Of a DNA stretch of 64,000 nt, positions 24,090-37,057 are shown piece by piece. The notes below the pieces were generated by a model. It did no database searches. It was not told the origin of the DNA and saw only the letters and a program-made list of their open reading frames with translations. The DNA is from Trichoplax adhaerens (lineage: Eukaryota > Animalia > Placozoa). Within the stretch, counting starts at the first letter, position 1, and the number at the start of each line of letters is the position of its first letter. The stretch is from contig NW_002060944.1 of the NCBI RefSeq assembly GCF_000150275.1, positions 65,614 to 129,613 of the forward strand, in the 5' to 3' direction. A program made the translations under genes and the position numbers.

Positions 24090-27000
24090 TTACTTTTTTA
24101 CAATTTGGATTACGTCTTCATCTTGAACGACATGACTTAAACCAACACGTTGCGGGTTAAATTTTGTACTCGTACCCTATAGTGAAGTAGAAATGAATTG
24201 TTCAATCAATAGTCTAACCTTGAACCTGTTTCACGGCAACACAGTCCAATTATAATACTAGATAGAGCTAGTCAAATAGCAGGTAAAAAAATTATAATCC
24301 CAAATCCAAGTCGATAGAATAAAATACAGTCAACGTGTAATTAACGACTCTACTTACCCAAATTAGAGCATATTTAAATGAGTTGGCAATGGTCCGATGA
24401 ATGTAATGGCACTGTTATATAAAATAGAAGCATTAATTAACAAGTCATTACAGAATACGCTAATTTAAAACCGTAGTAATAAATGCGATATGCCCACATT
24501 TGCCATAGGCTACTCACCACATGCTCAACGGTAGCGTTATTCCTTAAAATGAGGCCATCGCCAAAATCTGGATTTTCTGTATTGGATAGAATAAACAACA
24601 ACATGGACCCATTATAAATCAATCAATCAGTCTCTTTTACAAGCAGCAGTTGTCAATGCAAATGCAGTTATAGCAATCAACCGAATGTTTTATCAATCAA
24701 TCAATTGACTTTACAAGCAGCAGTTTAGCTATATGTGTGCAGATAAAGTAATCAATCAAACCAATAGGCGATAAGACTCTTTAACAGCACTTTAACACTA
24801 TAGACGAACGTAGGATATATTGGAAAGCATAAGAAAGTTATATTGTACTTAAGAATGTTTTGTCAAGCAATCAACCGATAGACGGAAAGATACTTTAACA
24901 GTAGCTCAACACTGTAATTGCAGGGAGAGTATACTTGACGCCATAATTAAATGATGCTTTAGAATATTTCATCAACAAACTTTACTACCAGCGGTGTAGC
25001 AATACTATATGTATGTTATTAAAGTAATCAATCAAACAAGAGACGATACGACTCTTTAATAACAGATTGGCAGAATAGATTCGTATACAAGAGAAAATCG
25101 CGCAGTATTACAGCAGCTCTTTAATAAGAAAACTCCTAGCAAATAGTCAGCAACAACACCGACAACCTACTTGCAATAATAACAAAATAGCCGTTCCAAA
25201 ATATGTCTACTTCTACAGTTCTACTCGCCTCCTCTCTTTTTGGTATAAATTCGTATCAGTGCCAAATATTCCCATACCTTGTCCAATAGAAAATCCAAGT
25301 TCAAATCAAGATTACAGCTGAAGCAAATCAGTAGATGGACATCAAATTAGTACAGTGCGCAACCGACTTTGGATACAGCATGATAAAGTAGTGCATCAAG
25401 AAGAGATTACCAACAGATCCAGCAGGCTGACAATACACCGAAAAATACATACTGTATAAATCAGCACTGCACTCAAAAAATACTCACCTAATCACAATCG
25501 AATGGGGCTGGCGAGCAATTCGGTCAACTTCTTCAATGGAAATGGTATCAATTTTATTATACACCTATTTTAAACCCATCGGATAAATAATTGACCCCAT
25601 TATAATTTGTATACAGGACAACTCGTTTTAATGGATCAATAAGAATGGAACATAAAAGACTTGCTTACATAAATACAAGGCAAATAAACTCGGTTTCCGG
25701 TTATAACATCAATAAATTCATCTAGAATAGAGAAGAAGCATATAAAATTTTAACGGTAAATCATCTTTCATCTTCTTGACCTTACACCATGAAAATATTC
25801 ATTTCATTCCATAACTACGATACCTGCGGTACAATCTTCCCTAAACAATACTTCCGCGTTAAAAATTTCTGTTATACCATGAAATCAAGATTGAAAATAG
25901 TCATTCATTTTTCAAACATTATCAAACTAAATTCTACTAAAACAACTTACTGTACTCGTGAAGAATCAACTGAATTAATTTTTCATTCACGTGAGTTAGA
26001 GGGCAGGTAGCATTAAAATGTAATCCTCCAGCTTTCTTTGGCTGTAAGGGCGTAATAATAGTAAATTAATAGTCATAGCGTGGATCATCTATCTCACAGT
26101 GGATAAACACTTGATCACGTCATCCTAACTAGAAATGGTATCTATTTTACTGTTATAATAACAAACCTTAAAATAAATATTCGGCCTTCTTGCATTTAAC
26201 CGAATCCCTACCGTTTCCAGTTCAGCCTTGAGTAATGCCCTTTATTAATAAAACAGATGAACAACGTCCAGTACTTGGTTACCAGTCAAAATAGAAAAAG
26301 AGGAAATTGCAACAGCAAATTTACAAATATTAAAATACGAGTAAATGTATTCCAAATCAGCCACATAGACGTCAAAAAATAACATGACGAGGTAAAATAA
26401 TATAATACAATACACTCTTTTTCAGATACAGTTTATTAAGTTACAATTAAGTAAAATCGTACATTATCCACTTTTCTTCCGATTACTTGTACACATATTG
26501 ACACAAACCTTTGAACATCGCCTTTCGTGGCATCCAACATCATTAAAACGACATCCGCCGTACGCCCAACAGCAATCACTTGTCTACCTCTTCCTTTGCC
26601 TAAAGCCAAGCGCCACATTATCAATATAATACCATTACCATCATCGATATTATCGAAGCAAGTATCATGGCAGAGCAACTCATTTTGACTATCATAAAAG
26701 CCGAAATCTGCAAACAGACAATGATTTACCTTGTGCAGCTCCTTCTATGATACCAGGCAAATCCAATAACTGAATTTTTGCACCGTTATGCTACAAACGA
26801 AGGAAATGACAATCCTGAACATTGGTAATTTCATATAAGATTGAGTAATAAACTTGGACTATGGGTTAATTTTCAAGTTTTACCAATGGAGTAATACATG
26901 ATTAATAAAGTACTATTGTAATCTAAAACTACGCGCATTTATGAAGCTATACGTATATTATACTACAGTACAAAAACAGACGCGAATAAAGGATTGACAT

Positions 27001-29654
27001 CGAGCATGAAGCCAGTAATTAACGAAACGTATCACGTTGCTGCTGTTCAAGAGTGAATACAGCAGTTTATGTCTACGTTTTATGGTAGTCGCATACTTCG
27101 ATTACACCAGGGATGCATGTCAATGTTGTAAATTCGTAGGATGCAGATTCACTAAACGTCGATGTCAGTTTATTCAGTAATGTCGACTAAAATGGTAAAA
27201 AAGATTGATTATCAATATGGAAGATATATCAATGAAGCACAGTACTAATCGCTTAAACTAACCTTGCCAACAGATGGAAATCCTATTAGAGCAACCCTGG
27301 CATCTCCCGATTTCATAACATCGAATCCTTCACCCTAAATGACCAATCGAGGATGCATGTTATTCATAGCTATCAAGAATAATGTAATCAATAGATAAAT
27401 GTTTTACTTATACTACACATCGTTAAGGTAATACTGCAACACATTCATATCGATGTTGGCATGATTGTACTGCAATACGCAATTACACATTGCTTTGATG
27501 ATAAAGTTAATGCTTCTGCATTAGATATCGTATCAATGATTGTACTACGAATAGTAATACTAATTTTATTACTGTTTCTAAGTGAAATGGTAGTCTGCGT
27601 CTGAAAATTGAAACTAATCATCCGATAATCTTTCAGGTGATTACAAATTTCATGGATTTGACGTAAATTACTCATTCATTAGCAGGTGGACATTCAAACG
27701 TGTATTTCTTGATACCTTAGCCGATGAAGATTTCGGTCCTTCCAGTAACTGGGCTCGATATTTGGCCAATTTAGCTTTCAGTAAACCAAGATGGTACTCG
27801 GTAGCTTGAAATTGGATAAATTAAAAAGATATAGTTTATATACAGTACACAATCTTTCCACTGTACTGTACATAGTATTGAACTAATAGTAGGTCTTACT
27901 ATCAGCAGTCAATATCTACAAAGAAAGTTGCATATAGAATCCAATTCAATTCAGACCATCTCCTGATTGAATACTTAGGCTTTACGGTATTTGGTAACGA
28001 AAATAGGCAGTTTATTAGCCAAGTCCATGCATTAACAAGCTATCGTGCGTTGATTGTAAGTCATCAATGAGAACGTTAGAGTATAAAACTACCTTTGAAG
28101 AAGGTCATGAATCAGTTGAAAATTTTGCATCCAAGATAGGATACTTTGTATCATACTCTAATAGAACATTTGACGACTAGTCAATCATCGCCATGTTTTG
28201 CCACTATTGTAAAGTGACGAGATTCAATGCCCAAGGAAGGAACATTTATGATGGTCGCTTTATACCAAAAATAACAACATCAATCAGATCTGTACACGTA
28301 TGAGCCATGAAGGAAGGGCGTAGTGATTGAAAAACTCCTACAGTATCAAGATATCTCTTCTAATCGACTCCCAATCACTAATTTACTACAGTCGATGAAA
28401 CAGGTTCCATTTCTCATTTATCAAACATTGATTTAGCATAAGTTTCAAATTATTAAATAATCAGTCCCTCGCCATCTTAACAGGATTATGAGTCAGTCAT
28501 ATTTTAGGACTATCAAAAATTCTAATGTTTGCTACTGCAATACCGTAAAATGGTTATAGCCAATGCCTAAGGAAGTTGTACTGTTGCTGATCAGTTCATA
28601 CCAATCATAACACGATGAAATTGACTTGTCTACGTCCAGGTACGATTCAAGGGCATTTTGAATCAAGACTATCAGCGACAGAATCTCTAGTTACATGAGG
28701 CTCTTCTATTCTAATGATTATCTGGAATACAGTATCCAGCCATTTCTGCTAGTTTACTACAAAATGACCCTGTAAAGCATTATCCATTACTGCTTCATCA
28801 TCAAGTAGTTTGAAATATAGCAACAGTTTACAATAACGACACCATGGCTCCATCTACAGTCAATGCTGTAGGGATTAACACGATTGGTGATCTCTTGATC
28901 TCTTCATCCAATAATAACAATATCAAATTGATCTATACTGTACACGTACCCTTCGATCTAAGGGCATCGCAAGTCAAAATGATGACTACCAGAGGCAGAA
29001 TCTCAATGAATTATTATTTATGTCTATTTTAATGATGATGAAGAATCGTACAGTATCAACTCATTTCTGCCAGTCTATTTCAACATGACTCCATCAATAA
29101 TCATCTATTTCTTCATCAAGTAGTTATACACATCGATGTCGCAAAAGTCACTATGTCATGTCTACGTCGACATTGACTGTGAAAGGAATTGGCACTATTG
29201 GTTGATACTGTACCAGTCACAACGGCATGAAATTGATCTATATACATGTACAAGTAGTTAGACTTAAGGGCATCGAGAGTCAAAATAATGACTTCCAGAG
29301 ACAAAATCTCGAATAAATCGATATGTCTATACATGTAGTAGAGTATACACTAGTACTCATGGCAACCTCTGATTCATATAAGGAATACAACATCAAGTCA
29401 TTTCTGCAAGCCTCATGCAAATTAATCCTTTACATTAGCATTCATTTCTTCTTCATCCAGTAGTTATAGATATAGCAAAAGTTTCAAATAACGACATCAA
29501 GGCTCTGTTTATATTCTCGACATGATTCTAAATTGATCCTAGAGCAAGATTGAGCCGATGACATGATAGGCGTACAAAATGGACATGTACCTTTATTCTT
29601 TTGAGTCCTTGAAATTTCTTTCTCGATCTCACTAATCTTTTCCAATATTCCCAT
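24090..29654 (-). CDS. DRG2: Developmentally regulated GTP-binding protein 2 (multi-exon; ATG 29654, stop 24090)
   Basis: [21 protein letters not shown]|[22 protein letters not shown]; [22 protein letters not shown]; [13 protein letters not shown]; [15 protein letters not shown]|[11 protein letters not shown]; TGS end [10 protein letters not shown]. The N-terminus is DRG2-type rather than DRG1-type. Confidence 0.96.
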
Positions 29655-30860
29655 GGTGATAATGAGTCTCGCTACTCAATCCAGTGGCAGCTAAATCAAC
29701 GAAAAGACGGCAGAAACACGCCGTTAATAGTCTTAAACTACTTGTACTATAAATGGAGAAGGCAAAAAGGTTGACGAAATGCCTTGGCTGTGATGGTGGC
29801 GAATCTTGTTTTGCAAATGACAATCAATCACCAGCTCTGTAGAGTCAATAGACCAAGAATTTAACTACAGTTTCAGTAGGGGTATAGCATACAGTACAGA
29901 CAACGAGGAAAGGACGACGGTAGGACAGACAAGCTAAAGTCATAGAGGTAAATGAGAAATGGAATATTTGATACACCGTACTACTGTATTATGACATGAT
30001 GGATACAGTGGGGTCAAATCGTGTCGATATAGCCATGCTACTGAAACAAGATCTTCGGATACAGTCATCACATAGGAAAAATGATTGAAAATGCGCTAGA
30101 CTCGAAATGGTTCAACAATTTGTTCAGGAAGTGGCCTTAAATTTAAATTCCAACAAAAAATGTTGGATTAATCCTTGATACTCGATAGATATTAACCTTA
30201 ATAAGGCGTAAGATAGATTAAACACCATTGGTTGATCTTGAATCAACAGAATAAAACACGGACGGAACATTGATGTAGACTACCGCTTTCCTTGCCTTGG
30301 GAGCGATAGGATAGACAATTTTTGACCTTAGATTAAGCAGATAAAACACTTACGGAACATTATTTAATATGGCTATAAGCATTGCTGGTAGTAGCCGTTA
30401 TTATTTATGCATAAACTAGGGCTTTGGCTGCCTTTAATAATGATAGAAAAGATATTTCATTGACCTTCGGCAATATGAAACAATATAGAATAATATACTC
30501 GCATATGAAATAGATACTGTTAATTTAATTCTTATCAAATAACGGTATAATCCAGAATGTAATACACATACTAAGAGGATATCGCCGATGCAATGGAAAT
30601 AAATATCGATCGGTTGTATCACATACCAAGAAAATAGATACTCAATATTCAAGAACATAGAGAGAATAACTGATATAGTAACAAATCATGAATATTAAAT
30701 AATGATACCAAACAGGTACGCAACGACTTTATTTTATTACAAATATTTCCACTTCTTCTTGTTACGGTCTAAAATTGAGTACAACACCTATCAAGTTTAT
30801 ACCATACAACAGTCAATACCATTATAAATTGCTATGCAAAGAATTCGAGTAAGATGAGCA

Positions 30861-33800
30861 TCATGCATCTTTCCTCATCTATAAATATAGTATAAATAGA
30901 ACAAAAATGAATCATAAAGTTTTATTTGGAATTCTTCTTATGGACCTTGGGCATAGAGCCCACAACCTTAAGTTTCTGCACCTAAATTTTAGATAAATTG
31001 TCTACATGAATTCAATCCTAATTTATATGAATACAAGTTAAGGGGCCAGAATAGAAAGATGTTACAACCTCTTCCGCCGATTTCAAAAAGTTATGCATCT
31101 CTTCTTCAGCAATATCTTCCTGACCTAGCTCTTCCCCATTCTGCGACTAATGCAAACATATCTTACCATTATTATCATAGAAACTAATATGAGAAACGCC
31201 AGCAATAACTGATGTAGACAATCTTGGTAGAACATACCGACGATGGCATTAACTGACATAAACGTGATTCATAGTATCCATCAGCCAAGTCGTCCTTGTA
31301 AGCGTCAAAAAAAATTAGAAATAAAGCCAGAATGACTTGCCTTACTAGCCATAAACGATGAACAAAATAATACTGTGATCAAAGTTACTTACTTCTGAAT
31401 AGCCATGAGCAAGTAGTAACTTGATAACGGCTTCATTGTGTTCGCCGGGATTAGTATGAATTCCTTTTAGAGTTTTCCACAAATCCTCTATTCAACAATA
31501 AATTATCAATTTGAAGATGAAGCAGTAATTCTTCTCTCTCACCAAATCAAGGCATGCAGAAAATTTCAAGCATGATGCGCGTATAAAAGATAATTACCTT
31601 CGTTCACTTCTTCACCATTCAACAACAGGCTTTCCTTAACTTCTTTAATGGCCTTTCGATTTTCTAGGGATTTCCGTTGATTTTGCGCAAAGGATATGGG
31701 CTATTCACGTTTATTAAGCAGTAATAGCGCGAGTAAAAATAACAATTAAAATATTGTCATCTTTATAATGTTTCTGTCTATATTTTAAATGTACCGCATA
31801 AGTCTGAGCATCAGCTTTTTCTTTTCTAAAAATGATAACATAAATTTTGAAAATTAGCATACGGAGTAAAAGGTGCCCTAGAAGCACCGTAAAAGGATAA
31901 TCGAAATAGGGACAAACATTGAGTGTTTAATGACTTCTTTATATTTAATAATTTTTGGTAGATAATGGGCAATCTTCTTTCGTGAGATATCTATGAATAA
32001 TGCAAATTGCATCAGTTTACTAATGCTATCGACCAAATCTATTATTAGAAAAGATGAATTTAGCACATTCACATGATACTGCAATCATTACCTTGCTTAA
32101 TCCATGGTAGAAATTTAATGCAATTCATGCAAACATCTTCAATTTCACGTCTCCTCTAGAAGTATAGAAAACAAGCACTAATTTTTGAGACTATGCAACG
32201 CAATCTTGACTGAAGTACAAATGTAATACATACTTTCATGAATATGCCAGTGCTAATTTTACAATCCTTGCATATTGCGTCTATATTTGCCTAAAGAAAA
32301 AGGATAGGCATTGGATAGAAAATCTCTCATTAGCAAATGCTTCACTCATGCATAATTATAAAACTGCATCATAAACAACGTGTTGCAAAGTTCATGTATA
32401 ATGAGTAATAGTGTTTTTCATTATAGTTAGAACATAATTTGCCTGGTACCTTAGGACTATCACTTGACTTTAAAGCAAGGTAAGCAGCTGCACCTATCAG
32501 AGGTGGTCTCCTTCAATAAGACAATATATTGCTGTGTTTATTCACTTGATATTAGTGAAATTCGTACAATAATTGCCTACATAATACGCGTACACGAAAA
32601 GATCACCATCAATTTATAACTATACTTACAGTCGTCCAGTATCGAGCCATTGCACTTCAACGCAAAACTGAACAATTCTAATCGCAATTAATAATTATAA
32701 TTAATACATGGCGTCAATCAATGGTACTTAAAGAAAATTCAAAAGCAAAGATCCATTTACTCAGTTGCGAGTTGCTTGATTTTAAAATCTTTGATGGGTA
32801 TCTTGGAGGAGATAATTTCCATATGCTATAACAAAACGCAAAGTACTGTAGTGCTTAATAACTAGGCTCGAGAGAGGAATAATTTGGCTCAACCTATATC
32901 AATGTTGCTGTAAGGGAGCTAATAATAAGAGTAGCAATGTAACTACCTCTGCAATAGTTGGTTCAGGAATAGCCAAGGTGAGATTTAACTCACGACAAAT
33001 TTTCTTAGACATGTTGCTAATAGCAGATTCATTAAATGGAATCTTCTGTGCAATATCTTTAAGAAATATAGTAACTCCATTCTGACGACATACTATAAAT
33101 ATGCATCTATGATAATAAAAGCTACTTTAGAATTATCTTGATATTTTGCATGTACTTTAAATAAACTGGCAGTTTGTACCCAGCAGCTACAAGTTTTTCT
33201 CCCTGGAAATATCGGCTCTTAAGGTGTTTATACAACTGCTTCAGTAGATTTAGCGCCTAATTTTTCAATTTGAAACAAGGTTAATTTTTAAAAAAGGTAT
33301 CTAAAATAGCTGTAAATAAATGATGTTATTAATTCAAGAGATATTCCCTAAGAAAGTCAACGCTCGCATATATCAGAATAGATACAGTAGAGTAACTTTA
33401 GGATTGATCATAATTATTTTTGATTCAGTTAATAACTCGATACAGTATAAAATAACATTGTAAAGAATGAGATCGTAGGGCAAACTTATAAATTTTTCGT
33501 ACATTACCTGATCCTGTATATCACTTGGAAGGCAGAGAGTTTTGGTTAAGCGTTTCACGGTACGGAATGATTTTCGCTGAAATTGATGAGTATTATTTAG
33601 TCATGTTAAGTTGTAGTACGCATAATACAGTAAGTCTTCTATGGTTTTACAGGCTCTTTGAAGTTGATTATTATCAAGGCTACTGAATCTTTCAGCATTG
33701 CTATTGATGATAGGTACTCTAAATTGAACAGGATTGGAATAATGTATTGATAGCTAATGTCTGTTTTAGCATGTGTACATCTTTAACTTATCGCGTTCCT

Positions 33801-36436
33801 GTTTTACGAAAGAAAAAAAATACAATAATAACGTGCTTCTTGCCATTTGTTAGCCATTGCAACGGTTGGTCGATACAAATCATTCAAGAAATTATAGTGT
33901 GGTTCTATACAACAACACTATGTAATATCATCATCTATTAATGCACGGACAAGAATCATTTTTAATTTTACAGAGCCTGGTTAAATAAGCTGATGGTTGT
34001 AATCCTCTCTAGAAAGCGATTTCTTACCCTAAAAAGAGTCACGTTACTTTTGGAACCTGCAGCTCCACTACGAGTCCAGTGGCTTATTTCAATACCGATG
34101 GAATAGAAAATAATTAATACAAAACTCAGCTATATATCCTGTAGCATTAGTACTTTTAATTTTGCTCTACTTTAAAGCTCTTGCATTAACTTTAGACTAA
34201 GCTCATGAAAATGGCATGATAGCAGCAGAATCTAAAAGGATACAGTAAAGTTATCAATTTATCAGACTAGACACGATTAGTCCAGTCGTATTAAGCTAGG
34301 GTTATTATTGCTTCTAATTTTGTACTTACCTATCATTAGGGACATAGACAGTGTGCTCATTGAATGCCTTGTCCATATTGTGAGAAACCATATCTCCTAT
34401 AACGACACCACAGTTTTTGCATACCTTATCGTGAATGATAAGCACAACATTTAAAATTGAAATCATATTGTAACGCGTTAGGTTATTCTAGTACAAAGCT
34501 ATGAGATCTAGAAAGGCTCGATTTCAACTGAGAGTAGCGTTGGTTGGAGATTCTGTACAATACTCTGGATCAAGAAATGTAAGTCGATAATCTATAGGTA
34601 GGATTCTTGGTCCAAACCATTGGTATGATTAATTAGCAAACTAGCATACAAGTCCCATTGGAGATATCGTATGATAAAATAGTATACTTTAATACGACTC
34701 TTGAAAGCCCTCAAATTCAGTTCAACTGATGTAAGTAAATTTATAATTAGTATCTTCTTACTAAACTGAATACTGCCAGATAACTTATAAGCAGTTAGCA
34801 CGGTAAGTATAAACTGTCAAGGCACTGTATAGACTTTTGTATAGAAGGATATGCAACTCAAGAAAGCGAAAGTATCTACATAATCTCGACTAAATGCCAT
34901 GTACACAAGAATATTAGTAGTCTTCAAGAATTATTCGACAGGCAATGATGTATAAACCGTCGCTATACGGCAATCTGCTCATGAGAAATCCCTATGGTTG
35001 ACTTTTTGCATAGACGAAGATGCAACTCAAGATTGAGATATCAAAGTCATTTGGAATAGCTGAACTAGATGCCATGCGAACGAGAGTTACTAATCTTTAA
35101 CGAATATCCGACCGATAGTGATGTATAAACCAACAATACACTGCAATACTCCACATGAAATACCAATCATAGATTTTTGATATACATAGAAGGCCATGCA
35201 GCTCAAGATAGATATACTGTAGATTTACTGTACGTCATCTCGAACAGCAGGACTAAACGCCATGCAAACGTGAATATTATTAGTCTTCAAGAAATATTCG
35301 ACCAGTTGTGATTTACAAACTATCGATATACTACAATACTACTCATACAATCCCTATTATTGACTTTTTATATACAAGGATGCACAACTCCAGGCAGAGA
35401 TAGTATCTACATCCTCTTGGATAGCTCAACGAAACGCGGTGCAAACGAGAATATTATAATAGCGAGTATTGAGTCTTTCGAAAATATTCGACCGATATTG
35501 ATGTACGATTAAACTGTAGATACGTCTATATTGCAACACTACTGATGAATTTCTATCATGAACGTTCTGTATAGAAGGCTATTGAACTCAAGGCAGGGAA
35601 AGTGCAGTGCCTCTATCATCTTGGATAGCTCGATTAGATGCGATGCATTACGAGAAAATGATAATAGCGAGTACTATTATGAGTTTTTAGGAATTATTCG
35701 GCCGGTATTGATATCTAAATCGTTACTATACTGCAATACAACTGATGAAATTTCTATCATGAACGATTTACTTAGAAGGTCTTGTAACTCAAGGCAGCGA
35801 TAGCACAGTAACAACATTAATCTTGAATAGCTCGATTTGATGCGATGCAAACGAGGATACTTATGATTACAACGAGTATGATATTATTGGTTTTCATGAA
35901 GTATTCGACCGGCAGTGATGTATAAACTGTCGATATAGTGTAATACGACTGATGAAATTTCTATCATTAACTTATTGTATAAAAGGCCATATAACTCAAA
36001 ATAGAGAGAGATAGTATCTATATCATCTTCAATAGCTCGATTACATGCCACATCAAGGAGAATTATTATTAATCTTCAAGAAATATTCGACTGGAAGTGA
36101 TGTCAACAAGTCCTAGCTACGACACGAACGATCCTATCGTATCCTACGTTTTCATGGCTTTATTAAGATATTGTACATCGTCTAGAATCATTTGACAGGG
36201 GAATACCAGTCTGTAGTGTGTAAAGTAGATATCCAATGACATCAATAACCTTCATCAAAGGGCAAATACAAGCTCTTTCCACTCAATGCAAGCGAGATCA
36301 AAGTGAAACTCGCCATGTTTACTAACCACACAGTACTTACTCGACTTCGTTCAGTGCCAATGTTGTCATAATCAATTTCTCGACTTCCACACGAGTGGCA
36401 TTGCAATGGATTACTCGATGAAGCAACCATATTCAT
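30861..36436 (-). CDS. BRF2: TFIIIB subunit BRF2 (TFIIB-related factor 2), multi-exon; 3' end uncertain (about 31019 or 30861)
   Basis: Zn ribbon CHSCGS...|VCKNCGVV (exon 1 36436-36341, exon 2 from 34424); cyclin-fold motif WLDTGRLRPPLIGAAAYLA; C-terminal TBP-anchor-like GQEDIAEEEMHNFLKSAEEV resembling BRF2 ISDSEIEQYLRTPQEV. Short length fits BRF2 rather than BRF1. Confidence 0.82.
34800..36110. repeat. Degenerate about 180-240 bp tandem repeat in BRF2 intron 1 (about 6-7 copies)
   Basis: Recurrent gcaactcaag...atagctcga...gccatgcaaacg...aatattcgac...gtgatgtataaac. Confidence 0.85.
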
Positions 36437-37057
36437 GGTGGCGTTCTAAACGATGTTGCTACCTCGCTGGAATACAGTATTAGCCTTCAAATGGCGACTA
36501 AATTGAAGAAGAAACGATATTTAATAGCTCCCTTAGCCATGTTGAAATGTTGGCTAGTGGAATAGGAGGTCGCTTATAGGCTTTTATAGGGAACGTAAGG
36601 ACTGTAACGGTAGCGTAGGCTAACGTTCACTCGATCTGAAAGTGGAAGGGTTTGTGCCCGAATGGCTCAGTTTGAGTAGTGCATTTGTATGACGTAGCTT
36701 GTGGAGTCGTGATCTTGTATAGATGATGACGATGCCACGTCCGGGACATAGAATGATTCCATAGGGTACACTATAGAGATACGACATGTGTATGGGGTAC
36801 TATACTGCACAAACTATCAAAAGCCTGAGGAAGCGAGGACTGGCTAGCTGGTAGCCAGTTGCACAGCAACCAAAACTACCTCAGCTTTCGATCTTATATT
36901 TCCTCTACTGGAAAGATGATTCTGTATTTTCTACCTTGTTGAAGCTGCTGCTAAACTTACAGAGTGTTCTTCCTATGCCTTTCAGTCTTACTGAGTGAAT
37001 AATTGTATAAATTGGGTGTGTAGTATTTGAAGTTGGTCGGTTTCTTCCATTTTAGCC

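Noticed and set aside
35535-35975. CTGATGA motifs in the BRF2 intron repeat as hammerhead ribozymes
   Set aside because: No stem II closed by GAAA and no flanking stems evident; the motif is absent from the other copies.
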